From positions 17,359 to 81,358 of the forward strand of contig CALSCP010000648.1 in NCBI GenBank assembly GCA_943704425.1: a stretch of DNA of 64,000 nt, in the 5' to 3' direction. Positions 36,958-52,782 of this stretch are shown piece after piece. The stretch comes from Ministeria vibrans ATCC 50519. Taxonomy: Eukaryota > Protista > Filasterea. Position 1 is the first letter of the stretch. Every line of letters starts with the position of its first letter. The notes beneath the pieces were generated by a model, which worked only from the letters and a program-made list of their open reading frames with translations, did not search any database and was not told the origin of the DNA. A program made the translations under genes and the position numbers.

Positions 36958-37246
36958 TTACAAGTCACACGATGGTGTTGGAGGGTTGTCTTTGCGCTCG
37001 GTTGTGTCACGAATCTTCAAGCTTGCCACGGCTACAAGAAAGGAAGCAAAACGAGCAAGCACGATGAGTTCGTGTGTGTGTGTGTGTATGTATGTGTGTG
37101 TGTGTGTGTTATATTTTGTGTGTGCGTGTTTGTGTCTATTATGTTGAATGATTCTGACTCTTACGTCCCGTTTCACTCTCTTTGATTTCCGCTTGAACGA
37201 CGTTTTCGCGCATGATGGTCGCGGTATCCTGAGCAACCTTCAATTG
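36958..37246 (-). CDS. LYRM7: LYRM7/Mzm1-like complex III assembly factor, last two exons only
   Basis: Spliced [27 protein letters not shown]|[24 protein letters not shown] matches the recalled Mzm1 C-terminus (LRENVVQG..LRIHEHTERGDN). The LYR-motif exon was not found upstream. Confidence 0.65.
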
Positions 37247-37284
37247 CTAGAAGGTAGACTGAGTCGTGAGTGGAAGACGCACGA

Positions 37285-37495
<211 letters not shown>

Positions 37496-38053
37496 AGTGA
37501 GATTGATTGAGACTGAATAAGTCTTTGAGTCAGTCTGAATGAGACTGAGTGAGTGTCTGTGTCTTTGTGAGTCTGATTATCAGGCTTGATTGTGTTATTC
37601 TTCTTATTTTTTTATTCTTTTTTATTAGTTACCGCAATTGAAACGGTCGATTCTCTCTTCAATTGCGGCAAATAAGAGAAAGAGCGGAAAAAAATAATAG
37701 CAAAATATAACAAATTAATGAACATTACTAATAATGAAATTTATCAGAATGACAGAGCGATCGCCACAACCCACAGTGCAAATTGCCAGTGGCTGTCATG
37801 GCAACAGATATTTGTTAGAGAGTGAATGTGGTGGTGCGTGTAACGTGTAACGTGGCGGGCGCAGTGCGCTTGTGGACGTCCAAGATGTCAAATTCAGATG
37901 CAGTCAAATTAACTACTCATAAGATCTAATTTGAAAAGGTTCAAATCTGACTCACAATCTGTTGGATCAGTTCGCACACCGGCAGTCAGTCACGCCTTTT
38001 TGGACTCTTCTGCCATCGCACCCTCAAGACCCTTTTGGTAGACGACCGTACGA

Positions 38054-39379
38054 ATGGAGGACTCGGACCAGTGCTGCCTTGTGGACGACACGAGTCGCTG
38101 TCAACGCCCTGCGTCTGCCGCTCTCTTCTCCAAACGCATCCAGGTGCGCCTTGTCGTCGCACCGCATCCCCATTTGCAAGTGGGGGCTCTTCTCGCCCCA
38201 TGCCAAGTCTGCCTGCGTGTGCTGCTGCTGGGCCGGCAGGAAGGGCGTTCTGCGCCTGACGACTGCACACACTGTTTGTTTTGAATAATACCCAACCATG
38301 CACTTGATATAACGCCCCACATGCGCTCTCATACGAGACACACATGGTGTATTTGTCTGTCTTGATGGGCGGCAGCGCCGATTTCTGCGTCTTTCCATCG
38401 CAGCAGACGTCAAGTTCATTCTAAGACATCGGCAGAAAAAAATGAAAACGCAAATGGACCGCAGCACACCGTCGCATTGGCATCTGTCGCATGGCGCATA
38501 CCTGTGTTGTTGGGTGGTTTGTTGAATGGCGCCGTTGGACGGGCTGGAAAGGGCGCGAGTTGTGCTGCAGAAGGGGTTGGGTGAAAAAAAGAAAAAAAAA
38601 AGAAGTAGCTGGTCACGCTGTCTCAGCCAAAACACGACTTCCCAGTGGTGTTTCGGCGCGTCTTTACTGCTACTGTGATGTGTGTGCTGTTAAAGAGCTG
38701 GGCTTGGTGTGTGATTGGGCGATGGGGGTCTGTGGCGGCCTCCAGGCGCTCCGTCCTGCTGCAAGTTATATGGCGACTGACATGAGATGACTTTCCCCTC
38801 AGAAAACGGTTCAGGCAAAGCAAATCCGACTGGCTGTGGACACGATGGCGGGGCATGTTCGAATTTGCCAATACCACAAGGGAATGATCATCTCGGAGCG
38901 CAAGAAGGAGCGCCCCAACACACTGAGTGACGAGCCGGCAAACCCTCAGCTGCAGTTTCAGTCGGGCTTTCCGCCAGCCACAGGCTACGTACCGTATCCT
39001 CCCTCGTACAGTGCCGTTCCTCTTACGTCAGCAACCGCAACCTTTGGCGAAGTAAGCAAAGCAAAGAAAACCCCATTGTGATTGAAATGTTCTCTCGCTC
39101 ATGTTTAATGTGTGTGTTAGGTTGATTTTGAATCGCTCGCAATGAATTCACTGAAGCGCTACAAACGGTTCTACAGATTAGCGCCGCGAAATTCAGCCTC
39201 GAAACAAGACTTAATTCATGTAAACCCGTCTGAAAGAGAGAGAATTTTTTGGAAACTCTGATTGTGTGTGTTTCTCTTAGTCTGTGCGACGACACTTTCA
39301 GAGTGTGCCAGTGAATCCCTCAGAAGTCCTTAACATGTTCATTTTGACTGTCCGTCACAACATCAACAAGCTTGATTAA
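38054..39379 (+). CDS. SAP30: SAP30/SAP30L Sin3-HDAC subunit with N-terminal zinc finger (4 exons)
   Basis: Spliced: CCLVDDTSRCQRPASAALFSKRIQ|KTVQAKQIRLAVD..HVRICQYHK (zf-SAP30), then VDFESLAMNSLKRYKRFYRL...|SVRRHFQSVPVN..EVLNMFILTVR (Sin3-binding domain). Confidence 0.92.
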
Positions 39380-39506
39380 CCAGCGGGAGAGAGGAGGGGA
39401 AAGAGAGGAGAGGAGAGGAGGGGGAAAGAAAGAGAAGACTGAGTGTAACTGCCAAATTAACTTGTTTCAAGTCAACAATTGTTTTTTATTATTGTATACA
39501 GTAGGG

Positions 39507-39912
39507 TCAAAGTCTGTGCTGGAGGGCCTTGAGAAGGTCAGGGTCATTCAGGCGCAAGGCAAGCGCATATGGGGAGTCACCGGCGGCATTTGGGAGGTCG
39601 ATGCGGACGAGAGGGGAGCGAGCGAGGAGGAGAGTGCACGCGAGACATTTTGCGGAGAGGGCCAAGTGGAGAGGAGTGTCACGAGAAAGAGTGCTCTGCT
39701 GGTTGAGGAGTGCACTGGGACGCAGGGAGTTGTCTGATGTTGATGTGGTATTGATAGTGGTGAGCATGAGAGTGAGGGTGGTCGGGTGACAGTGAGTGGC
39801 ACTGGCGTGCAGTGCCGAGTAGCCACTGGTGGTGCGCAGGAAAGGACGCACTTTGCGATGCTCAAGAAGATGCTGTGCCAGTGCACCGAGTCCCTGAGAA
39901 ACAGCTAACAAC

Positions 39913-39980
<68 letters not shown>

Positions 39981-39988
39981 NNNNNNNN

Positions 39989-40069
<81 letters not shown>

Positions 40070-42595
40070 TGTGTGTGTGTCAGAAAAGGGGGGCAAGAGA
40101 GCCAAAAATGAGTTACCGAGAAAAAAGGGAGATTCTCCTGTGGAGAGTCTGAGGTCACAGTTGACACGCGAGTCGGACAAGAGCAGCTGAACAATGGGAT
40201 GAAGCTCAGACTGAATGGCAATGTGAAGCGCTGTGGCTCTGTACTGGCGAGTGACTGCGTTGACGTTGATGGACGGTTGAGCAAGAATAAACCGGACAAG
40301 TGCGACTGAGCGAGATGAAACCGCCTAAGGGAGACACCACACTCAGATTGTGTTGTGTTATTGTGTGTGGGATATGTACTAGGTGTAAAGGAGTCGCATT
40401 GGAGGAGCGCACATTGGTTGAGAGGTCCGCGTTAGCACTGAGGAGCGACTGAACAGTGCGCAAATGACCCTTGAGAAGGGCCAAATGGAGTGGAGTGTGT
40501 CTATCAGTGTCTTGTGCGTTGACACGTGTTCGTGTGTGCTCTGTCAGCAGTGCCACAATAGACGCGTGTCCCGCATGAGCCGCTAGCGACCCAATCAGTC
40601 TTCAATAATGCGTGTGTGTGTGCGTGAGATTGATTTACCTGCGTGAAGTGGAGTTGAGCCGTCCTTGAGCGTTGTGTGAGGGTCAGCGCCCAACGCAAGC
40701 AACTGCGCCACAATCTCAGCGTGTCCGCTGTGACACGCTATATACATCATCACACAAATAAGCACTCTCTGCGGATCTGTCGTTTTTGTGTACCGTATGA
40801 GAGTGGCGTTGCTCCTTGGTACGTTGGGATGTCAAGGAGGTGTGGGTGTGCGGTGAGGAATGGCGCAAGGACGTCAATGAGTGACAGAGGGCCGTTGCCA
40901 CTGGCAACAAAGAGGGCTGTTGCGCCGTCGCGCGGGAGACGCGCCTGAAGCAGCAACTCAGGTTCAGGGCTGCTGGGGTGTGTCAGGAGCAGATGCAAAA
41001 TGTGAGGGTGACGGTATTGCGCCGCTGAGAGAAAAAAGCAAAGCAATGATTAGAAAGAGAGAGAGAGAAGAAAAAGGAAAAGAGTAAGTGAAAAGGGAGA
41101 CGGAGAGATGAAGAGCATTGTACCAATATAAATAGGAGAAGCGCCTTCCATTGAAGCCAATTGACGGGCCCCAGAGTCGAGCAGAGCACGCACACATGCC
41201 ACATGGCCATTCTCAACGGCTGCGTGTAGGGCTGTTGCTCCATTCGCCGCCTCATACCCAAACTCGGTGTCTGAGGAGGACCTACACCCGCCCTCAAAAT
41301 TAGTTTTCTTCACTTCAGAAACACTTCAACTCCATACCCTTCTTTGGCTTGCAGAGCAGAAGTTTTCTTCCCACGAGGCATCACGTAGTTCGGATTGGCA
41401 TTGTGCTTGAGCAGTGTGCGCAGTGTGTCCACGTGGCCGTTTTGTGCCGCAAGATACGCAGCAGTTGTGTCGCCCAGCAAAAGCGCATCTGTGCAGAAAC
41501 GAATTTGTTTTAGGATTCACGCAACAAAAAAAACGTGTTTTGGTCAACCTGGATCCGACCCGCACTGTTCCAGAAGCACGGTCGCAACTGCATCAAATCC
41601 CAAATCGGCTGCCACGTGCAACGGACGTCCGCCTTGGGCCTTTTCGCGCGCTGCATTTGCGTGCAAGCGACACAGTGTGCGCACTGTCTCAGTCTCGTTC
41701 ATTTCCGCTGCAAAGTGCAACGGAGTCGATCCTGCAAACTTATGGGGTGCGTCAACGTCGGCATTGCGCTCGTGAAGCGCCTCAACCAGCTCACAGGATC
41801 CAATCGAAGACGCAATGTGCATTGAGGTCATTCCGTTGTTTCCCATCGCTACACTCAACACGAAACCACCATGAGCGCTTGGAGAGAAGAGGATTGCTTT
41901 TTGAAACCTTCCACATCGGCACCATGGTTCAGTAGAATGCGGACAGCCTCCCGTTGACTGGCGGCAACAGCCGCATGCAACGGAGTCGTGCCATCCTCGC
42001 TGGGCATGTCGACGTCCAGTCCGTCGCGCCCCAGGAGCTCCTCGAGCAACGCCACGTCTCCCCGCGCCGCCGCCCGGTGCAGCGGGTAGTTGTCGTTCAG
42101 CACGGCTGCTCGTTTGATGGCGGGAACGACGCCGTACTGCAGCAACGACCAGGCGGAGTCCAGATTGCCAGTCTAAGCGACAGAGTGAGGTGTTGGAGTG
42201 CCAATGGTGTCTCTCGCGACAGACGCACCTGTGCCATTGTATACGTGTGATCGTGCCATTCAGCCATTGAAACAGCACCTCCAGTCACACGTCGCTCCAT
42301 TGCCTGCCAGCGTCGGCGTCCCTCCGCAGCAGAGACATCAAATCTGTGTTTTGAGACACTCTGAGTGTTTAGTGCATTGTTTTCTTTTTCGTCGTGAAAC
42401 AAATTGTTACGGCTCAATCACTCGCTCAATGTCTACAGCACGTTCCCATGGTTGCTTCTGTTGAAGCTCCACAGCATTGTTGGTCATGTCAACCGGTTCA
42501 GCGTCGCGGAAATATTCAACTTCATTCGACGACAATCCCATCGCCACAAGAGCCAGAAAGGCACTTATAGTGCGTAGAAGCACATGGCCTTGCAT
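39507..42595 (-). CDS. Multi-ankyrin-repeat protein with N-terminal signal-like sequence (multi-exon, spans a gap)
   Basis: More than 10 ANK motifs (YPLHRAA, GTTPLHAA, GSTPLHFAA, GATALHAA, DTPLHLAL); hydrophobic N-terminus VLLRTISAFLALVAMGLS. Confidence 0.87.
39914..40080. repeat. (GT)n microsatellite containing an 8-N gap (39981-39988)
   Basis: Directly visible; lies in an intron of the ankyrin gene. Confidence 0.95.
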
Positions 42596-43216
42596 GGGAG
42601 TGATGAGAAAGGGCGCAAATCAACTAAGCAGCAAAGAATAAGTCAAATAGCTAATCGTTAAGATATTGTAATGTGTGATAATTTATGATTATTATATGAT
42701 TAAAGTTCCAAGAGTCTGGCCGGGCAAAAGACAGACATACTGATGTATCTGTAATCTGATTGACTGAAAGATACCACTCGTTGTCTTTGATTCTGGCAGT
42801 TCATTCTTTTGACGGGCAAATTGAAATATCTATCTATTGATCTCAAATTAAAAGGAAGGAGCTTAAATTGTCCCCCAAATATCACAACTTCGCTCGAGAG
42901 ATAGCAATCAAAGACCAAGCTGTATCGGATCTGTCGACTGTCTCTTTACCCTTACGCGACCAAGTAGACTGACTGTGCAAGTAAGTCTTCAAAATCTTGA
43001 CGTCAGATCAAAACCAGTTCACTCATCCCGCCAAACTTTAATTCAACTCCCTGTCCTCCCTCCAGCAAGATCTTCAGCGAATCTTGCTCCATAATAATAC
43101 TATATCATTCTTAAACCACTTCCAGGCGCGTGTGCTTGAATCTGAAGCGAGACTGCGATGCATTCAGATTTACTCGACCGATCGCAAACGCCAAAATAAT
43201 CAACAATCCAACTTAG

Positions 43217-47082
<3,866 letters not shown>

Positions 47083-47369
47083 GTTTTGTGTTTGTGGTTT
47101 ATTCTCTGTCTAATTAAAAGGCTTTTTGATTATTAATTTTTTATATATCAAGTCATCTGACTGTTCTCTCGCCCCTCATTAATATTGAGAAAAGTTTCAC
47201 TTTGAATTATATTAGTATTGGTTTCTTTTGGGTGAAAGAAAGATCTAATATAATTATTCTGATTCATAATAATAAAATTAATAATAATAATAATTTTTAT
47301 TATTATTATTATTTACTTGAAAGTTATTCAGTATTCTTTCTTGCATTTCTTCTCAATTCAACGATATCG

Positions 47370-47950
47370 ATGGAACGAAGTCTCATCCCCATCCCTCTCC
47401 GCGACTTAAGCTACCGCGCACCCCTCACCTTCAATAAGGGCGTGCTGGTGGACAACTGGCATGAGGAGCGCGTCCGGGAATCTTGGTTTCTAGGCAACCG
47501 TCAGCGTCAGGACCGAGACACATGGACGACGTCAACGCGCGAGACCCATCGCCCCTTCCTGCCCCATGAAACCTCCAGAGACTACCTTTCAGTATGTGAA
47601 TATATTGTGGTGTGTCAATTGTTGTCAACATTATTCCGTAGAGTGCCCACCGAAGAAGAGCGACCGCGCACGCCTACCTCGGCCAGCCCCACTCGCTTCT
47701 CTTTCACCACACAGACTCTTCAACAAGCCCCCCTCGCTCCTCCTACCAGCAGGACGTCTCCCTGCCTGCCCTTGAGCGTTTGCCGCTGAGTATTGAAAAT
47801 TAATATTACCTTTTAGTTCACAAAAAATCACACCTCGTTCTTTTTCTTTATGGAACAGGATCCGTCTCGCAACATTACCCAACCTCACACTACGAGCCTC
47901 GTTATCTGCGCACATCACATGGCCGTCTCTCTTTGCGACTTCACGAGTAA
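47370..47950 (+). CDS. Small NWE-motif protein, CFAP107-like axonemal microtubule inner protein (3 exons)
   Basis: FNKGVLVDNWHEER and spliced YLGQPHSLLFHH..PRSSYQQD resemble recalled CFAP107 segments (YSTKVLTGNWMEER; GLPYKHLITHH..ISTYDD). Confidence 0.6.
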
Positions 47951-48171
47951 AGTGTGAAAGTTAAAGTGGTTTTCTCTCATACCAACGTTTATAATTCAAT
48001 ATTCTTGCGCATGTCTGTAATGTCTTAAAGTTGTCTTTGTGACTGTGTGACACAAATGGCAGCAGAATAATTCATTTTTCATGTTAGAAAATTGAAATAT
48101 CAAAAAATAAATAATTTTATAATAATTATTATCATCAATAATAATTCATTATCAGTATTATTTCATTTATT

Positions 48172-49748
48172 ATGTCGAACTCCTCCTCTTCGCGCCCCTA
48201 CACGGCTCTGGTGTTTTGCGTCCACGGAATGGGTCCTTCGGAGGGCACTCGAGAGAAAGTAGAGCTTCTTGCGCAGAACGTGGAGATTATTGCTGAGGTA
48301 ACACTGACTTTGTGTCGAAATCACGGGATTTGACCTTTTCCGCTCCACAGCTCAACAGCCACAGCAATCTCCGGGTGAAGTTCGTGCCCATCGAGTGGCA
48401 CAACTACTTTAGAGAGTTCATGCAAAGGTACGTGTCCAGGAGGGAGTCAGGGACGCCGTGAGCTCGCATGAACGCCATCGTGTGCATTTGGTGTCGCTGT
48501 TTCCCCTTTCTGTAGTGAACTCGACGCTTGCACGCTCGACACAGTCCCTTACATCCGCGCAATCAACAACGAAAAGCTTGCCGACATCCTGCTGTACACG
48601 AACCAGTCGCATCGACTGCGAAACCATCTCAGGGACCTCATGACACGCGAGTTCACTGCCTTCACAGCGGACCAACCCGACTTTGCCGGACAGGTCTATC
48701 TCATTGGGCATTCCCTGGGAGGCATCGCCTGCCACGACCTTGTGACCAACATTGAATGTCGATTACCAGGCGACGCCCAAGAGGACTCCCACTTGCCACT
48801 CCCCTTTGCCATCCGCTCTCTCATCATTCTGGGCTCGCCCTTCGCCGCCATGAACATCTTCCGCAACCTCCCCTTTCACGTGCCCGACACCACCCACATC
48901 TACAACGTCTTCCATCCCTACGACCCCAGTACGCACATAACACACAATTTTCTAGTGAAATTTTGCTCATTTTCTCTCTTTCAGTGGCCTATCGCGCTGA
49001 GCCACGCATCTCCAGCGCATTCCAGTCCATCCCACCCGTTCTCCTGGCACACTACCGCGGCGGAGGCAAGAAGCTACACATGCACGTGCGCGACAGTGTC
49101 ACTTCGCTGTCACGCTCACTTGTCGGTCTTCACAACTCCTTTCCCTCCGTCACCTCTTCTTTCTCGTGGGAGTTCCTCTCGAGCATTTTCGCGCCAGGAA
49201 GTGACCGCGAAGAACTGCTCAACAGTAGCAACACCAACGAGAATGACGATGCAACAGCAGACGCAACAGATGAAAAGGAGGACAACATGAGCACTCGGTC
49301 AACGCGAGGCGGCTCAGTCGATAGAACACTGAAACGCACTCACAGTGACGAAGAAGACGAAGACGAAGCCGAAAAAAACGAAGAAGAAGAAGAAGAAGAA
49401 GAAGTAAAAGAAGAAGAAGAAGAAGCAGACAGTTCTGAAGCGTTGCACCATCGCACAAAGCGACTCCGCAGTGCGTCACCCACAGCCGACACACTCAGTG
49501 TACCTACCACTGCCACCACCGCACACACAACAGCCACATCCGATGACGAAGCCACTGCCACTTTGACTCTTCCCGCCTCACACACCCTCTCTCTTCCAAA
49601 CGGTCAGGACCGTCTCGACTATGTCCTCCAACAGGACTCTCTTGAAATGAGTGCCCCCCATCTCTTCTCGGGCGTCACACACGTGCGCTACTGGGCCAAC
49701 AAGGATGTCGCTCTCTTCCTCACCAAAGTCTTTCAAAATGATCTGTAA
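48172..49748 (+). CDS. DDHD-domain phospholipase A1 (4 exons)
   Basis: LVFCVHGMG, FVPIEWH, ADILLYT, IGHSLGG lipase motif, LGSP, YNVFHPYDP|VAYRAEP, RLDYVLQ, HVRYWANKDVALF. Confidence 0.92.
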
Positions 49749-49873
49749 TACATATAATTATGTAATTATAATTATGATGATAATAATGATAATAAATTTA
49801 ATAATAATAATAACGTCTTATTATTATGATAGTAACATTACTCCGTACTACTACCACACACTTTTTTTTTTTT

Positions 49874-52457
49874 TTACACTTCTCGCATGTTCATCACGGC
49901 AAAGCCATCGCCGTACTCTGTGTCCCAATCAAAATCGGCACTGCGGTTCTCCACAGAGAACGCCTGAATAAGTCGTACAGTCTCCTCGTCGTCGTGGTGC
50001 GTGGAGAGAGTCTCCTCTGGTACAATGTCACTCTCGTGCTTCCATTTGGAACCCTGGCCAAAGAGTGCTCCGTCACACGATCGACGAAACGTCGCCACTG
50101 TGCGAAATGTGATGGAAATGCGGTGACCGTCGCACATCAGTTCGTCAGGCCGTTTCTTCTCGGCGCCTCGCTTGTCCTGACGAATCTCATGCGTCATCTT
50201 CAAATTGGTGTCCCACCCCAGCACAAATAAACTGCCATCAACCAGCGTGATCTTCTCAAGCGCACCCCCTACTCGCTCCTGCACCTCCCCGTCCCGCACG
50301 CGCTTCCCACGCATCTGCATCACCCGACTAGCGCCCACCGACAAATTGCAAATGCGACTCCCATGAGCAATATCCAGTGTCTTATCCGCATGTTCGCTAA
50401 TGTAGTCTGTCCCAGTGCGGTACCACTGGATCAGCGCATGGTTCACTGGCTGGCCCAGGCGTCGACTCACAAGCGCTCGCAGTCGTTCCATTATCGGAGT
50501 CCATCTAAAAAAAAAAAAGAGTGGTTGTGATATAATTATATTAATAAATTATAGTGCGAATAATTATAATAGTGTGGTGGTGGTACGTTTTCAATTGAGG
50601 CTGAGCATCGGCCGGGTGGCGATAGACAGGCTCGACATAGCTGCCGTCAGGACGGTACTCAAGAGTACCTTGTACAGCGACCAGCCTGGGCACTGCACCC
50701 CCTCGGTGCTGCATCTCCTGCCAGTCCACTTCGTCACGTAGACGCACAAACAGCTCCGTTTCCGTTTCCATCTCTGGGCCGCTTGTCACGTCAAAGAATA
50801 GCAGTGAGTCGCCCGCGCCAAGTCGGCGCAGTGGACGCTCGGCGCAGTGACCATGGCAAGCATAGTACTCGGGCGTGAAGACAGGTCCGCGTGTGGCATG
50901 TGCCTCTTCCTCTCCACTTCTGTCTTGAGTGTCTTCGTCAATAGGATGGCACTCGTACATGTGCGCTATGCCCTCGGCGGCACTTCTGTACTCGACGGCA
51001 CACACACCACATTGGTAAGGCAATCGCTCTGGTTCCTTAGATTCCGTCGTCTCATGGATAGCGGTCACTGCAGGTCGCATGAGGCGCACCAGTGACTCCT
51101 CCAGCACCAGCAGACCCTCTTCGTCCCGCGCTCGTTCCAGTCGCTCGAGCGCTCTGCGCCACACATTGATACCAACTCGACGACAACTACGACCACCGTC
51201 CACACCCACTTCATCACACGTGTGCCAGCCAACGGGCGTCGCACGACGAACACTGCTCTGTGTGATCATCGTGTCAAAGTACGCGCGCAACGCAGGCCAA
51301 AGCGGCTCAGCGTCGCCGTTCGCGACGGGCAGTCCGCGACGCACGAGCAGCGCCAGAATGGGGAAGAAGGCACAGTCAGCCATGCTGATTTGAGAAGTCC
51401 CTGCAAGAAACGCGGTTGGAGATTCGTTGGCGTAGCGTTCCCACACGGTAAGTTCGCGGACGATGGCCGTCAGTGCCGCGCACAGCGACGCACCGTCGAG
51501 GGTCAGTCCGCGAGGGTCCTCAAAGAAGTGCTCGAGGGGATCAAGAATAAGGCGTAGACGTTCGCTTTCTTGAGTAAGGGCAAGTACAAGGGCACGAGAC
51601 GGGGACAGTGACGCTGAAGTCGCCGTGTCGAGGTGGTGCAAGATGGCAAGCGACTCACGAAGGTGCACCACTTGATGGTTTGCACCGCCGCTGGACACAG
51701 ATAAGACGGGTGTTTGGCCACGCGGGTTGAGAGCAAGGTAGTCGGGCAGGCGTGTGGGCGCGGGACGTCGCATGATAAAGAGCCGGTGCGTTTCGAAGGC
51801 GAGGTCTCGCTCGTAGAGCATCATGAAGACGCGCATGGAGGGGATGGAGCCGTTTGCGTAGTGGAGCGTGCCACTGCACGACTGCGGCGGGTCAAGAAGA
51901 GCGCGCCACGACTGAACAACGCGCAGTTCGCTGTCGGTGTCGGGCCGCGCCCACTCGTCCAAGAGCTGGCGGTGGCGACGATGAGAACTTGCGCGTGCGG
52001 CGACCAGATCTTCCGCGACGATCACGCGACGGCAGCGGCCCTGGAGCTGAGCCACAGCGGCCGCAATGCACTTTGGAGTGGTCACGCCGCACACGAGAAC
52101 GTCGGCGTGTGCGATTGTGTTCAGGAGTTGGCTCTCCTGCCGACGTGGCAGTGCCGTGAAGATGGAGTTGTGTCGTTTGACAATGTCGAGCGCATCCACC
52201 GGCAAATTCCGCAGCGCAGTCGCCTGTCCTTCCTCAGACGTACACAGGTGTGGCACACGAAACTGGCCGGGAGCGTAAGCGGAGCGTACAGAAACGACGG
52301 ACGCGGCACGGCGGGTGTGTAATGATGCAATCGCTTCGTCAAGTGCACTGCGCAATGTGAGCACAGGCTGACAGTCGTCCACACCAAAGTGCCGTGCAAA
52401 TGCGCCGTTTATGTCGAGGAAGTCGGCAATCGCATCGATGACAACGACGACAAGCAT
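49874..52457 (-). CDS. Isochorismatase-like hydrolase + GST (N and C) + C2H2 finger + AlkB-type 2OG-Fe(II) dioxygenase fusion (one intron ~50505-50585)
   Basis: Isochorismatase: VVVIDAIADF / IVKRHNSIF / CGVTTPKC. GST: YANGSIPSMRV..LNPRGQTPVL..RESLAI..SMADCAFFP. C2H2: CGVC-x12-H-x4-H. AlkB: NHALIQWYR.G.DYISEHADKTLD..THEI..RISITFR. Confidence 0.88.
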
Positions 52458-52546
52458 ATGAGGGGAGTGAGTAGAAAAAACTGAACTGATACTGATGACT
52501 GATTTCAAAACGATTATCGACACTCGACAGAGCCAGCACAATCGCC

Positions 52547-52710
<164 letters not shown>

Positions 52711-52782
52711 CGTTTGTGATTGACAAGGAAAAATATAATTATATTATTATACAAATCACTCAGCTGCTGGTGCTTCTTTGTG

